In this document: positions 1 to 9,806 of the stretch, one piece after another | Layout of the letters: each line of letters starts with the position of its first letter | Numbering within the stretch: position 1 is the stretch's first letter | Origin: a virus | Taxonomy: Duplodnaviria; Caudoviricetes | DNA length: 38,683 nucleotides | Virus record (IMG/VR): IMGVR_UViG_3300016263_000771 | Span: 1-38,683 of that record | Reading direction: 5' to 3' (one strand) | Translations under genes and position numbers: made by a program | The notes under the pieces: generated by a model | What the model was told of the DNA's origin: nothing | The model's database searches: none | Seen by the model: only the letters and a program-made list of their open reading frames with translations

Positions 1-234
1 GGTATTAATCAACAAGGCTTTGACGCAAGCACTAGCTATGGCAACATGATGGGCAATATTCTTGGTCAACAAGCGCAATATGCTGCTATGCAAAAAGCCA
101 TGCAGGCGCAAAAACGTGGACAAGGCATGGGTCAATTATTTGGTGGTTTAGGCACTCTTGCCGGTGGTTTGCTAGGAGGGCCATTAGGCGCAGCGGCTGG
201 TGGCGCACTAGGAAATTATTTAGGGGGTAGATAA
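1..234 (+). CDS. 3' part of the gp7-like ejection protein
   Basis: Frame 1 open from base 1 to the stop at 232-234; Gly-rich hydrophobic C-terminus GLGTLAGGLLGGPLGAAAGG. Confidence 0.75.
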   Translation, partial: GINQQGFDASTSYGNMMGNILGQQAQYAAMQKAMQAQKRGQGMGQLFGGLGTLAGGLLGGPLGAAAGGALGNYLGGR

Positions 235-2327
235 TGGCAATTGGATTTAACTTACCCGGAATACCCGGACAAATTCGCGGCACAGCAGAAGAAGCAGGAG
301 CTGTTCCTGACTTAGGCCAAGCTATGATGCAAGGGTTTCGCAGTAACCTCGAAAACATACAGGGCGCACCAAGACTATTAGCCCAGCAATTAGTATCTAA
401 TCAATTAGCCAACACAATAAACCGCGCCAAAGCTAAATATGCCGAGCCTATGGCAAAAACCGGCTATGAGCAAGCTTTAGCTGATTTACAAAACCGAAAC
501 TTAATTAACCAATACTACCCTAGAATGCGCGAGTCAGAGTTAAAAAGCGCTGGATTATCACAAGCCCATCAGCAAATGGTTAATCAATTCTATCCTGATT
601 TAATAAGGTCACAGCTGTCAGGCGCTGCGCTTACGCAAGACCAACAACGAATGGTTAATGAGCAATTGCGTAGAGACATGGCAATTAAGCAAGCCAAGCA
701 AGATATTATACAAAAAGCTTTAGCTCGTGGCGCAAGCATTCAACAAGCAACGCAATTAGCTGAAGAACAAACACAGAATTTACCAAGCATTAGCGAAATT
801 GCACAAAGCCCTGAAATGCAAAACTATATGACAGCTTTGCAACAAGGAGTGGCGCAACAACCGCAGATGCAGGAAGCGACTGGTTATACACCAATCCCAG
901 AACAGGAAAATATATTTGCCCCTGAATATGGGCAAGGATACGATACAGGTAGTTTCTACGACCAACAAATGTTAGAAGCTTTAAGACAAAACGCTATAGC
1001 GCAAGAATTAAGCCCATACATGCAAGTTCAACCGGTTTTGCCAAGCATGATACAGCCGCGCGGATTTACACCAAAACCACAAGAATTACCTGAGTTACAG
1101 CCTTATGCGGAATCTTTGGCGCAAGCAGCCCCTAGCTATTTATCACAGCCAGAAGTCGCGCAACAGCAAGCACCAAGAAGCTACGCAGAGCAACTTAAAC
1201 AGCAAGGATATAACACTGACAGAATGATACCTGAGTTAGCTGCCCTTGATGATGAGTACATTAGAAATCCTGCTGTACGAGATGAGATTGAAAAACAATA
1301 TCCCGGCACAGGAATAAAACGAGAAAAAGATTTTCCACGTGATAGATTTATTACAACAACAACATTGCCCAGTGGCGCTACTAAAACAGAAATACAATCT
1401 TTAGGTGGCGGTGCTGGCGGAGAAGGCGCATTTAAGGCAGCAAGTCCTGCTGGTAAATTAATAGAAGATTTACACCATTATGAAAGCATGGGTGATAAAA
1501 AAAGTGCTGAAATTATGGAAAAATCTATAAAAAAATCTCTTGAGACTGGAGAGCTTGAAATTGAGCGTCTTTATGATGCGCGCGATAAATATATTTTACA
1601 AGGTAATAAAGAAAGGGCAAACAAATTACAAGAGCTAATTGATGATTACAATAACAAACATAAAGCTGTTGTAAATATACAACCTAAACCACCTACTGGC
1701 GCACAAATTGTTAATGATGAAAATGGCAATTATGCTGGCTACTTGCAACCATTATCTCAAAAACAAATTGACGCAAGAACTAGAAACGCCACATTTAACA
1801 CACTTTATGATGCTGTGTCTGAGGGTGTTAAGCCTTATCAAGGCACAGCAACGCAAGTTTATAATCAATTAAAGTATGATTTAGACCATCAAACGACTGA
1901 CCAAAATTCAGCAGATAGATTGTATAAACTGTTATTAGCAAAAAATGTTTTAACATCTACATCAGCATCTGAATTAAAAATGATTGACGCACCGAAAGTA
2001 AAAAATGTGATGTCAGCATTAAAAGAAGCTTTAGGTAGCACGGGTATACCGCAAGTACTTGATGCTTTAGTGAAATATGAAATTGACAGAACAATACAAA
2101 ACAAAGCCCAAGATGACCTTAGAATAGTATTAAATATGTCAACAGATGCTTACAAAACAGCTTTAGACAAGGCAGAAAGAGAAAGAGAGTTTATTCCAGC
2201 CAGAACAACATTAAAGGACTTGCGCGGTAAAATTTCAACAGGGGCAAACGTTATAAAAGCCAAACAAAAAACAAAACCTATCGTTTTAAAACTCACATCA
2301 AAAGGGCTGGAAGAAGAAAATGGCTAA
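234..2327 (+). CDS. Putative DNA ejection/internal virion protein (gp20 position)
   Basis: 697 aa, Gln/Ala-rich and helical, no Cys; directly follows the gp7-like gene as in P22. Confidence 0.55.
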   Translation: MAIGFNLPGIPGQIRGTAEEAGAVPDLGQAMMQGFRSNLENIQGAPRLLAQQLVSNQLANTINRAKAKYAEPMAKTGYEQALADLQNRNLINQYYPRMRESELKSAGLSQAHQQMVNQFYPDLIRSQLSGAALTQDQQRMVNEQLRRDMAIKQAKQDIIQKALARGASIQQATQLAEEQTQNLPSISEIAQSPEMQNYMTALQQGVAQQPQMQEATGYTPIPEQENIFAPEYGQGYDTGSFYDQQMLEALRQNAIAQELSPYMQVQPVLPSMIQPRGFTPKPQELPELQPYAESLAQAAPSYLSQPEVAQQQAPRSYAEQLKQQGYNTDRMIPELAALDDEYIRNPAVRDEIEKQYPGTGIKREKDFPRDRFITTTTLPSGATKTEIQSLGGGAGGEGAFKAASPAGKLIEDLHHYESMGDKKSAEIMEKSIKKSLETGELEIERLYDARDKYILQGNKERANKLQELIDDYNNKHKAVVNIQPKPPTGAQIVNDENGNYAGYLQPLSQKQIDARTRNATFNTLYDAVSEGVKPYQGTATQVYNQLKYDLDHQTTDQNSADRLYKLLLAKNVLTSTSASELKMIDAPKVKNVMSALKEALGSTGIPQVLDALVKYEIDRTIQNKAQDDLRIVLNMSTDAYKTALDKAEREREFIPARTTLKDLRGKISTGANVIKAKQKTKPIVLKLTSKGLEEENG

Positions 2328-4428
2328 CAACAAAAAACAATATCAAGAATTTATTATAGATGGCCAACCAGTACATGCCCCGCTTGGAGTAAGTGAACTT
2401 GAGGTTAGGCGATTTATGCAAAAACAAAGCCAGTTAAAGAAACCAAGCGCAGCTATGACTGGCCCAAAAATAAGTCAAATGACGCAAAAACCAAGTCAAG
2501 AAGAAAACACTTTTAAATCATTTTTTAAAGGCGCAGGAAGAGAGGTTGCAAAATCCGGGGCTGGGTTAGGTCAGTTTGTAACTGGCAAACAATATAACCT
2601 TCCTGAAGAACCGCAAGACCTAAGTCTTTATCAAAGATATTTAAGATATCTTGGAGAGCAGGCGGCAGGTATAGGAAAAACTGCTGCGGGCATTGCATCA
2701 GGCTCTAAGCTAGGTTCGCCATTTGGGCCAACAGGTAGAGCTGTAGGTGGGCTAATAGGCGCTGTTGCCAGTCATTATCTAACGCAGCCCGGAGAAAGAT
2801 TATCTAAAGAAAGAGCTTTAGCTGGAGCCAAAGGCGGTCTTGAAGCTTTATTATACGGCACAGGGCATCCTGAAAGAAAAGAAATCGAAGGCGCTATACG
2901 TGAAATTGAAACCAAAGAAATGCCGAGGTATGCTAGCGATTTAACTCAAGCCAAAATAAAGCAAGCTGGCTTAAGTTTAGAAAAAAAACAAATGGAGAAA
3001 GAGTTAGTTGCGCCAAAAGAACAACTAACCGCGCTTCAAAGACAGGCAGAAAAAGAAACAGGTCGAGCAGAATTAGGCTCCTTGGAAAGAAAAAAAGAAT
3101 TATTGAAAGAGAGGATTAAAATTAATTTAGAAGGCGAGCAACCAAGATCAGCGTCTAATTTTCCCATAGAGGGTCAAGGGCCAGCCGATGTTGCAAAACA
3201 AGAAGCCAAAACCGCAGAAGAAGAATTAACAAAAATATTTACACCAAAAGAAGGCGAGCCAACTCATCAAACAAATATTCATAATTTGTTAAAAGAAGAC
3301 CTTGCTCAAAAACAATCCGCTCTTGGGCAAGAATATCAAGATTTTAAAAAAACCCATGCAGGCCAAGTTATCGAAGAAGGTTACATAAAAGATGCTAACC
3401 AAATTATAGCGGAGCTTCCAGACCCAACAAGTTTGGAATTATTTGGTGTAGGAGCTAAATCTGCGGAAGAATTAGCCGCAGAAGTAAATCGTCAATTAGT
3501 GCCAATTACAAAAGATGTTAATACTTTGTTTGATAACTGGCGTTCTCTTAAACGTTATTCGCAAAGAGCTAGAGGAAAGGCTCGTACAAGAGCGTCCGGG
3601 TTAAGTGAAGATGAAAAAACTAAACTCACTAATGCTGCTGACAAATGGGATGCTGCCGCTGCAAAATTAGCGCAAGTATTAAAAAATAATGGCTATGAAA
3701 AATCATTAGATGAATTAAAAAACTTAAATACTCGTTATGCTGATGAATATGCACCAGTATATGACACAAGCGCATATTGGTACATGGATAAAGAAGGCAA
3801 GGCTCCTCCAAATTTTTTAGATAACATTGAGGGAAATACAAAAGGGAAAAAAATATTGCAGGAAGCGGTAAAAAATAATCAAAATATACTTAAGTCAGCA
3901 TTAGGTCAGGCAATAGAAGATAACCCTAAAATTGCTATTCAAGGGTATAAAAAAACTCTTCTAAATCCTTATGTAAAAAGTCATGCAGAATCAAAACCAT
4001 ATTTTGAGCAATTGAATACGGCTTTGAGTAAATTACCTGCCGCAGAAATAGAGCAGGCTAAGCTAATAGAAGAATCTTTAAGTTTGCAAAAATCTGCTGA
4101 AAAAATAAAAACAGCCAGAGAAGCTGAGATTAATATACAAAAAATTGATGCTTATATAGAAAAAATTGATGAAGTTGTTTCTGCTATTGAAGCAAAACAA
4201 AAACAAATAAAAGATATAGAGTTAAAACAAGCTACTGGAAATATAGAAAAATTAAAGATAAAACAAAAAAATATGGCTGCTCAACAAAAATTAGATGCGC
4301 TAAAAGACCAGAGAAAGAAACTTGCGCTATATAAAGTAGGCGTCATGAGAAAATTTAATTTGCAGCCAAAAAAATTATTTACCACTATAAAAAAAGGCTT
4401 TAAGACAGCAAAGAAAATTATCTTGTAA
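2320..4428 (+). CDS. Putative DNA ejection/internal virion protein (gp16 position)
   Basis: 702 aa, coiled-coil K/E/A-rich with a Gly-rich hydrophobic segment (GSPFGPTGRAVGGLIGA); synteny. Confidence 0.55.
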   Translation: MANNKKQYQEFIIDGQPVHAPLGVSELEVRRFMQKQSQLKKPSAAMTGPKISQMTQKPSQEENTFKSFFKGAGREVAKSGAGLGQFVTGKQYNLPEEPQDLSLYQRYLRYLGEQAAGIGKTAAGIASGSKLGSPFGPTGRAVGGLIGAVASHYLTQPGERLSKERALAGAKGGLEALLYGTGHPERKEIEGAIREIETKEMPRYASDLTQAKIKQAGLSLEKKQMEKELVAPKEQLTALQRQAEKETGRAELGSLERKKELLKERIKINLEGEQPRSASNFPIEGQGPADVAKQEAKTAEEELTKIFTPKEGEPTHQTNIHNLLKEDLAQKQSALGQEYQDFKKTHAGQVIEEGYIKDANQIIAELPDPTSLELFGVGAKSAEELAAEVNRQLVPITKDVNTLFDNWRSLKRYSQRARGKARTRASGLSEDEKTKLTNAADKWDAAAAKLAQVLKNNGYEKSLDELKNLNTRYADEYAPVYDTSAYWYMDKEGKAPPNFLDNIEGNTKGKKILQEAVKNNQNILKSALGQAIEDNPKIAIQGYKKTLLNPYVKSHAESKPYFEQLNTALSKLPAAEIEQAKLIEESLSLQKSAEKIKTAREAEINIQKIDAYIEKIDEVVSAIEAKQKQIKDIELKQATGNIEKLKIKQKNMAAQQKLDALKDQRKKLALYKVGVMRKFNLQPKKLFTTIKKGFKTAKKIIL

Positions 4429-4432
4429 AAAT

Positions 4433-4461
4433 TTGTATTATCGATGCACCAATAGCATAAT
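4433..4461 (+). promoter_or_regulatory. Possible sigma70-type promoter for tail genes
   Basis: TTGTAT-17-CATAAT in the intergenic gap. Confidence 0.35.
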
Positions 4462-4485
4462 GTTGTAATAACAAAAGGACTTAAA

Positions 4486-6651
4486 ATGGCATTACCATCA
4501 CAATATTACTACGCATGTTTTCCACTACAGGAGTACTTTGTAGACAAAGACACCGGGTTTCCTTTAGCTGCTGGTTATGTCGAGTTCTACAGTGACCCTA
4601 ACTTCACTGTACCTAAAAACGTCTTTCAGCAAAACCAAGCTCCGGGGCCAACTTATACCTATGTTTCTCTTGGTCATGTTCTTACATTGTCATCGGTTGG
4701 TACGTTTCAGGACAACAATGGGATTGATATTATTCCGTATCTTTACCCATTTACAGGAACCCCACCAGCAAATCCAGATACAGCACCTACAGGCACAATA
4801 GAGCCTTATTTTATTAGGGTCTATAGTTCTGGCGGTATACTCCAGTTTACTCGTGAAGGGTGGCCTCCACAGCTACAATCACAATCAGCATTAGTTGATA
4901 CATTTGAAAGTAGTCAAAATGCCATAACTAATTCTCAGTTCAGCACAGTGTCTTTTGTGTCTGATACTCTTAATCAAGTAAGTTATACCTACGCGCCTAC
5001 CGGCACATATTCTTTTGATGTTGCACCCGGCTGGCAAATTGTAACCACTGGCAACGGTAGCGTCACTGTAAAACAGTTAGCAATTGCTACTAACCCAGTA
5101 CCCGGCACACCGTTTGCTTATGCGCTAGAGATTACAACTGATGCCAATATCACTGACTGTAAGCTTGTCCAAACCATCATAAATACACCAAGACTGTATC
5201 AAGATTTATTTGTAAGCGCGTGTTTAACGGCTGCCTCTAATACCGATGCTGTAACCATAGACATGATTTACGCGCCTTCAAATGGCGTAACCCCAACAAC
5301 AATTATGTCGCAACAAACTCTTGGTGGTGGTTTATACAAACAACTTATTGGTTTGACTTCTGCATTATTGCCGGCACAAATTACTGAAGCAGATAACTTT
5401 GCTCCGCCTGCGTATGTTGATATAAAAGTTACCATACCTGTTGCAAGAACGATTACAATTACAGCAGTGCAAATGGTTACTGTTGCCAATGCAAATAGCT
5501 ATGTACCTTATGCAGCCCAGTCAGTTCCTCAGCAAACCAATACAACTTTTTGGCACTATAAGCCATTGTTAGAATATAAGCCTATACCTAGTTACACGTT
5601 AGGTTGGGACTGGCCAATGAATCCATGTCAAGAACTTGGCACCACAGTTGCAGCCGCATCTACATTGCCGGGCTTATCTAGGTATGTTGCTGATGAAACA
5701 ATTATTTTTCAGAATGTAGATAATTCACTTGGATTTAGTTTTAATAGTGCAGGTATGGGTGTGACACCTAGCGCAGATAGTAGTTTTGCTATCATTAAAT
5801 ACTTTGAGGCAAGTGAGGCAGCAAACATTTTATCAACCCCACTAAGCGTGCAATTAAAAGCAGGTGGCGCAATAGCTTCTACCGATGATGTTATAGCTAA
5901 CGTAAGCATATGGTATACATTTGACGCTAATTTACCTAATATCAAAACCGGTAACTGCTACAGCTTGGTTTCAGCCGTAAACAATACTACAGGCGTTCCT
6001 ACAGTGGGTGGTGGTGGCGCTCACGGCACATGGTCTGAGGTTCCAAGAAGCAATCTAGGGCCCGCTAAAGCAAATCTTAAAACAGCAAATGTGCCATACT
6101 ATAGTTTCAGTGGCTGGGTTTATGATGACGCAACACCGGCAACATCTGTCAAGTATGCTGCAATTGTTATATCAGTAAGTAAGCTTGCTGCTGGCATAGG
6201 CTGCACATTTGAGTATTGCACACTAAACGCAGGATACATACCAACCAGACCACAACCCATGAGTTTTGGTGAAAACCTCACAGCATTACAACAGTTTTAC
6301 GAGAAAAGTTTTAACACTAGCCAAGTTCCAGCAGCGCTAATACAGCCCGGAACCGTAGCATTTCCAAGCCTTTATTCTGATGCTAATGCTGTTGGAGTTA
6401 CTGTTTATTATAAAACTACCAAAAGAAAGTCCCCAAGCAGCACAGCAGGCGTAGGTAATTTAACTATATATTCTTATTTCAATTTAACTGCCGGAGCTAT
6501 TAGCGACGGAGGCGGTACCGATAGAAATGTTGTCGCTACCGTTACAGGCGAAAATTGTTTTTGGTTTAACTGGAATAGCGTTGGAGTGCCTGCAAATTCA
6601 CAAATGCAATTTAACTGGGTTTCTAACGCAAGATTAGGCGTGCAAAATTAA
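4486..6651 (+). CDS. Tailspike/tail fibre with N-terminal head-binding-like domain
   Basis: N-terminus YFVDKDTGFPLAAGYVEFY resembles podovirus head-binding domains; beta-rich Thr/Ser/Val body; P22 gp9 position. Confidence 0.65.
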   Translation: MALPSQYYYACFPLQEYFVDKDTGFPLAAGYVEFYSDPNFTVPKNVFQQNQAPGPTYTYVSLGHVLTLSSVGTFQDNNGIDIIPYLYPFTGTPPANPDTAPTGTIEPYFIRVYSSGGILQFTREGWPPQLQSQSALVDTFESSQNAITNSQFSTVSFVSDTLNQVSYTYAPTGTYSFDVAPGWQIVTTGNGSVTVKQLAIATNPVPGTPFAYALEITTDANITDCKLVQTIINTPRLYQDLFVSACLTAASNTDAVTIDMIYAPSNGVTPTTIMSQQTLGGGLYKQLIGLTSALLPAQITEADNFAPPAYVDIKVTIPVARTITITAVQMVTVANANSYVPYAAQSVPQQTNTTFWHYKPLLEYKPIPSYTLGWDWPMNPCQELGTTVAAASTLPGLSRYVADETIIFQNVDNSLGFSFNSAGMGVTPSADSSFAIIKYFEASEAANILSTPLSVQLKAGGAIASTDDVIANVSIWYTFDANLPNIKTGNCYSLVSAVNNTTGVPTVGGGGAHGTWSEVPRSNLGPAKANLKTANVPYYSFSGWVYDDATPATSVKYAAIVISVSKLAAGIGCTFEYCTLNAGYIPTRPQPMSFGENLTALQQFYEKSFNTSQVPAALIQPGTVAFPSLYSDANAVGVTVYYKTTKRKSPSSTAGVGNLTIYSYFNLTAGAISDGGGTDRNVVATVTGENCFWFNWNSVGVPANSQMQFNWVSNARLGVQN

Positions 6652-6660
6652 GGAACAAAC

Positions 6661-7023
6661 ATGTCAACAAAATACAATATTATACGAGATATTAACGGCA
6701 GTGTGGCTGGCATTAATGGCTTTGGTTTGCAGCCTAGCACCGACATTTACAATGGCTTACTAGCTACTGGAGTAGCACAAAGCATTACAGTACCCGACAA
6801 CTATCCAAAATGGATTATGATTGTAAAATCAGAAGGAAATGTTTGGGTTAGCTTAACGACAACTGCTGCGGCACCTGCTGGTGCTTTTGCTGCTGGTAGC
6901 TCTCTACTAAACCCACAAGCGCTACAAGTTAATGCTGGTGATACAGTAAGTCTAATCACTGCAGATGCTGCTGGAGCAAGAACGTCAGTTGAGTTCCAAG
7001 TAATACAGAACTATCAAAACTAG
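6661..7023 (+). CDS. Small virion structural protein
   Basis: 120 aa beta-rich, AAGGA RBS, in the tail cluster. Confidence 0.5.
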   Translation: MSTKYNIIRDINGSVAGINGFGLQPSTDIYNGLLATGVAQSITVPDNYPKWIMIVKSEGNVWVSLTTTAAAPAGAFAAGSSLLNPQALQVNAGDTVSLITADAAGARTSVEFQVIQNYQN

Positions 7024-7034
7024 GGCGGTGAGAC

Positions 7035-8255
7035 ATGTCAGTTCCTATTAGTGGTTTACCAACAGGAGTGCCTAATGGTCTTTTGGAGATTCCTGCAACT
7101 AATCCTTTGGTGCCAACTGAGTCACCACAGGGTACAACGTTTAAATACATATTTTCAGACCTGCAGTTATATTTATTACGCGCTGAAGGTTTTGATGTTT
7201 ATGACGCTTGTGTTGTAGCAACTACGGCAAACTTAAGTGCCACATACAGCAACGGCACCGCAGGCGTTGGGGCAACCCTTACAAACTCAGGCACGCTTGC
7301 AGCACTAACCATTGACTCAATTGCTCTAAGCGTTAATGACAGAGTTTTAGTTAAAGACCAAACATCCTCATTTGAAAATGGTATTTATGTTGTAACCACA
7401 GTAGGCAGCATAACAGTGCCATGGGTGCTAACAAGAGCAACAGACTATAACGAGCCTGCTGATATTATTTATTTGGGCGTTATTCCAATTAACAGAGGAA
7501 CTGTAAACTCTGGATTGATTTACCAAGAAAACTCAACCGGGCCATTTGTCATTGGCACTAGCCCAATTACTTTTCAACAGTTAGTGTTTCCTACTAGCTT
7601 GTTACCGTCAGCATCACCGCCTAATAAAATGCTTAGAAGTGATGGCACTTATTGGGTTCAGAGTACAAACTCTGAGCTAAACGCATCTGATGCATTATCA
7701 GGGTTAACACAGCTTGACGTAGACAATATCAGAATTAACGGCAATAGCATTATTAGCACTGACGCAAACGGTGACATAAATATAACGCCAAATGGCACAG
7801 GTGATTTAGTTTTAGATAATCTAAACTGGCCACAGGCTGATGGTACGTTAAACCAAGCGTTAACCACGAATGGTGCGGCACAATTGGGCTGGTCTACTGT
7901 AAGCTTAGTTACAACACCGACAACCATAAACGCAATAGCTAGATACAGCAATACTAGTGGCGCCCTAAAAAACAGCGTAGTCATAACTGATGATGCCGGG
8001 GTGATGACAGGCGGAACATGGCAAGGCAACACAGTAGGTGTGGCTTATGGTGGCACAGGTTTGTCGTCAGCTACAGCTTATGCGGTATTGTGTGGTGGAA
8101 CAACATCAACTGGAGCTTTTCAATCTGTTGCTAGTGTTGGAACAGCAGGTCAAGTACTCACAAGCAATGGGGCTGGCGCACTGCCAACTTTCCAAAATGC
8201 TACCGGTGGCGGTGGTACTGACGCAGCGTTTGGCTTTTTATTAATGGGTGGATAA
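7035..8255 (+). CDS. Tail fibre protein
   Basis: VATTANL...DRVLVKDQT...ENGIYVV...LTRATD and GVAYGGTG / GQVLTSNG motifs typical of phage fibres. Confidence 0.65.
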   Translation: MSVPISGLPTGVPNGLLEIPATNPLVPTESPQGTTFKYIFSDLQLYLLRAEGFDVYDACVVATTANLSATYSNGTAGVGATLTNSGTLAALTIDSIALSVNDRVLVKDQTSSFENGIYVVTTVGSITVPWVLTRATDYNEPADIIYLGVIPINRGTVNSGLIYQENSTGPFVIGTSPITFQQLVFPTSLLPSASPPNKMLRSDGTYWVQSTNSELNASDALSGLTQLDVDNIRINGNSIISTDANGDINITPNGTGDLVLDNLNWPQADGTLNQALTTNGAAQLGWSTVSLVTTPTTINAIARYSNTSGALKNSVVITDDAGVMTGGTWQGNTVGVAYGGTGLSSATAYAVLCGGTTSTGAFQSVASVGTAGQVLTSNGAGALPTFQNATGGGGTDAAFGFLLMGG

Positions 8256-8256
8256 T

Positions 8257-8586
8257 ATGGCAACAACTTATAAAATTTTAGGACAATCAAAACCTACTGC
8301 TGCAACTCTAACAGATGCATATACAGTACCGGCAGCAACAACTGCAACAGTTTCAACAATAACGGTAGCAAATCAATCTGCTACAGCAACAAGTTTTAGA
8401 ATCAGTGTTGCGGTAAATGGTGCAGGAGACACAGCAGCGCAATATTTATATTATGATATTGCTATTAGTGGCAACAACACTTTTGCAACAACTATTGGTA
8501 TAACGCTTGGCGCTGGAGATGTTGTTAGAGTATACAATACGCTTGCAACTTGTTCATTCAATATTTTTGGCGTTGAAAATACCTAG
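8257..8586 (+). CDS. Small tail-associated protein
   Basis: MATTYKILGQ..P...YTVP beta-sandwich-like sequence; ATG 8257 preferred over GTG 8248. Confidence 0.55.
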   Translation: MATTYKILGQSKPTAATLTDAYTVPAATTATVSTITVANQSATATSFRISVAVNGAGDTAAQYLYYDIAISGNNTFATTIGITLGAGDVVRVYNTLATCSFNIFGVENT

Positions 8587-8594
8587 GAGTTAAT

Positions 8595-9806
8595 ATGTCA
8601 CAAGGTTTTGTAAATCCGTATACATACGCTACAAGCGCGCCAACTGTTACCACATATACATCTGGTTCAGGTACTTATACAACCCCGGCTGGCGTTAAGT
8701 TTCTAGTCGTTGAGATGGTTGGCGGTGGTGGAGGCGGCTCAGGTTCTGGCACTGCGTCTCTAGGCGTGGGCGGCGCTGGTGGTAATACGACATTTGGCTC
8801 TTCTTTTTTAACAGCTAATGGTGGTAATGGTGCCTCAGTTGATGCTTCACTTGGTAATTCGGGTGGCACTGGCGGAACCGCAAGTATTGGAGCAGGTGCG
8901 ACTGGACTTGCAATTCAAGGCGGTTCAGGTGGCTCTGGTGGTCTATCTAATGCAGGTGGCGCAGCTTCGGCTGGGGGTATGGGTGGAGTTAGTTATTTAG
9001 GTGGAGCCGGACTTGGCCCTAAGCCTACTATAGCTGGAAGCGCTGCTACTACAAATAGTGGTTCTGGCGGTGGTGGCGCAGGAGGAACTGGCCCGGGTGT
9101 TGCTGGCGGTGGTGGTGGTGCAGGTGGTTTTGTACGAGCAGTTATAAATACACCTTCAGCTACATATTCGTATAGTGTAGGTGCGGCTGGTACAGCAGGC
9201 GCAGCAGGCACAGGTGGCTCAACAGGTGGAGCAGGCGCAGCAGGCATAATCATCATTTACGAATACTACGAAGTCCTTGGAATTCCCACAACTTTAACAC
9301 TTCCTTTGCCAGTCGCAAATGGGGGAACAGGTGTTTCAAACTCAAATTGGACGGCTTCATCACTAACTTTCAATCCAACAACGCAGGGGATAGTAGGTAC
9401 AGCTACAAATAACGATGCTGACGCTGGGTATGTTGGGGAGCTTCAATCTATTTACAACAGCACTGGTGTTGTTGCTATTGCTGCCGTAGCCGGTAATGTT
9501 ACAAGTATATCTTTGTCAGCAGGTGATTGGGATGTTTATGGGCAATGCGCAATAATTCCAGATATTGGTCAAGTAATTACTATTGGCTATTCAGCGTTAA
9601 CAACTACATCAGCAAGTTTCGGATTATCTGCCTTTGGCACAGCAGGATGGGTAGGTAATAATTTCATTGGGGATGGCGCCTCAGGGCTTGGTCTTGTTCC
9701 GACCATTAGACTTAGTTTATCCGGAACAACTACTGTTTATTTAGCATATTATTCAAGTGTCGGAGCAACAATAAAAGGTGGAATTTACGCAAGGAGAGCA
9801 AGATGA
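8595..9806 (+). CDS. Glycine-rich tail fibre/receptor-binding protein (paralog 1)
   Basis: SGSGTYT.P.G.K..VV.M.GGGGGG Gly-rich domain, PVANGGTG linker, C-terminal SISLSAGDWDVYG domain. Confidence 0.65.
   Translation: MSQGFVNPYTYATSAPTVTTYTSGSGTYTTPAGVKFLVVEMVGGGGGGSGSGTASLGVGGAGGNTTFGSSFLTANGGNGASVDASLGNSGGTGGTASIGAGATGLAIQGGSGGSGGLSNAGGAASAGGMGGVSYLGGAGLGPKPTIAGSAATTNSGSGGGGAGGTGPGVAGGGGGAGGFVRAVINTPSATYSYSVGAAGTAGAAGTGGSTGGAGAAGIIIIYEYYEVLGIPTTLTLPLPVANGGTGVSNSNWTASSLTFNPTTQGIVGTATNNDADAGYVGELQSIYNSTGVVAIAAVAGNVTSISLSAGDWDVYGQCAIIPDIGQVITIGYSALTTTSASFGLSAFGTAGWVGNNFIGDGASGLGLVPTIRLSLSGTTTVYLAYYSSVGATIKGGIYARRAR

Noticed and set aside
8675-9256. Pro-rich minus-strand ORFs
   Set aside because: Antisense shadows of Gly codons in the fibre gene
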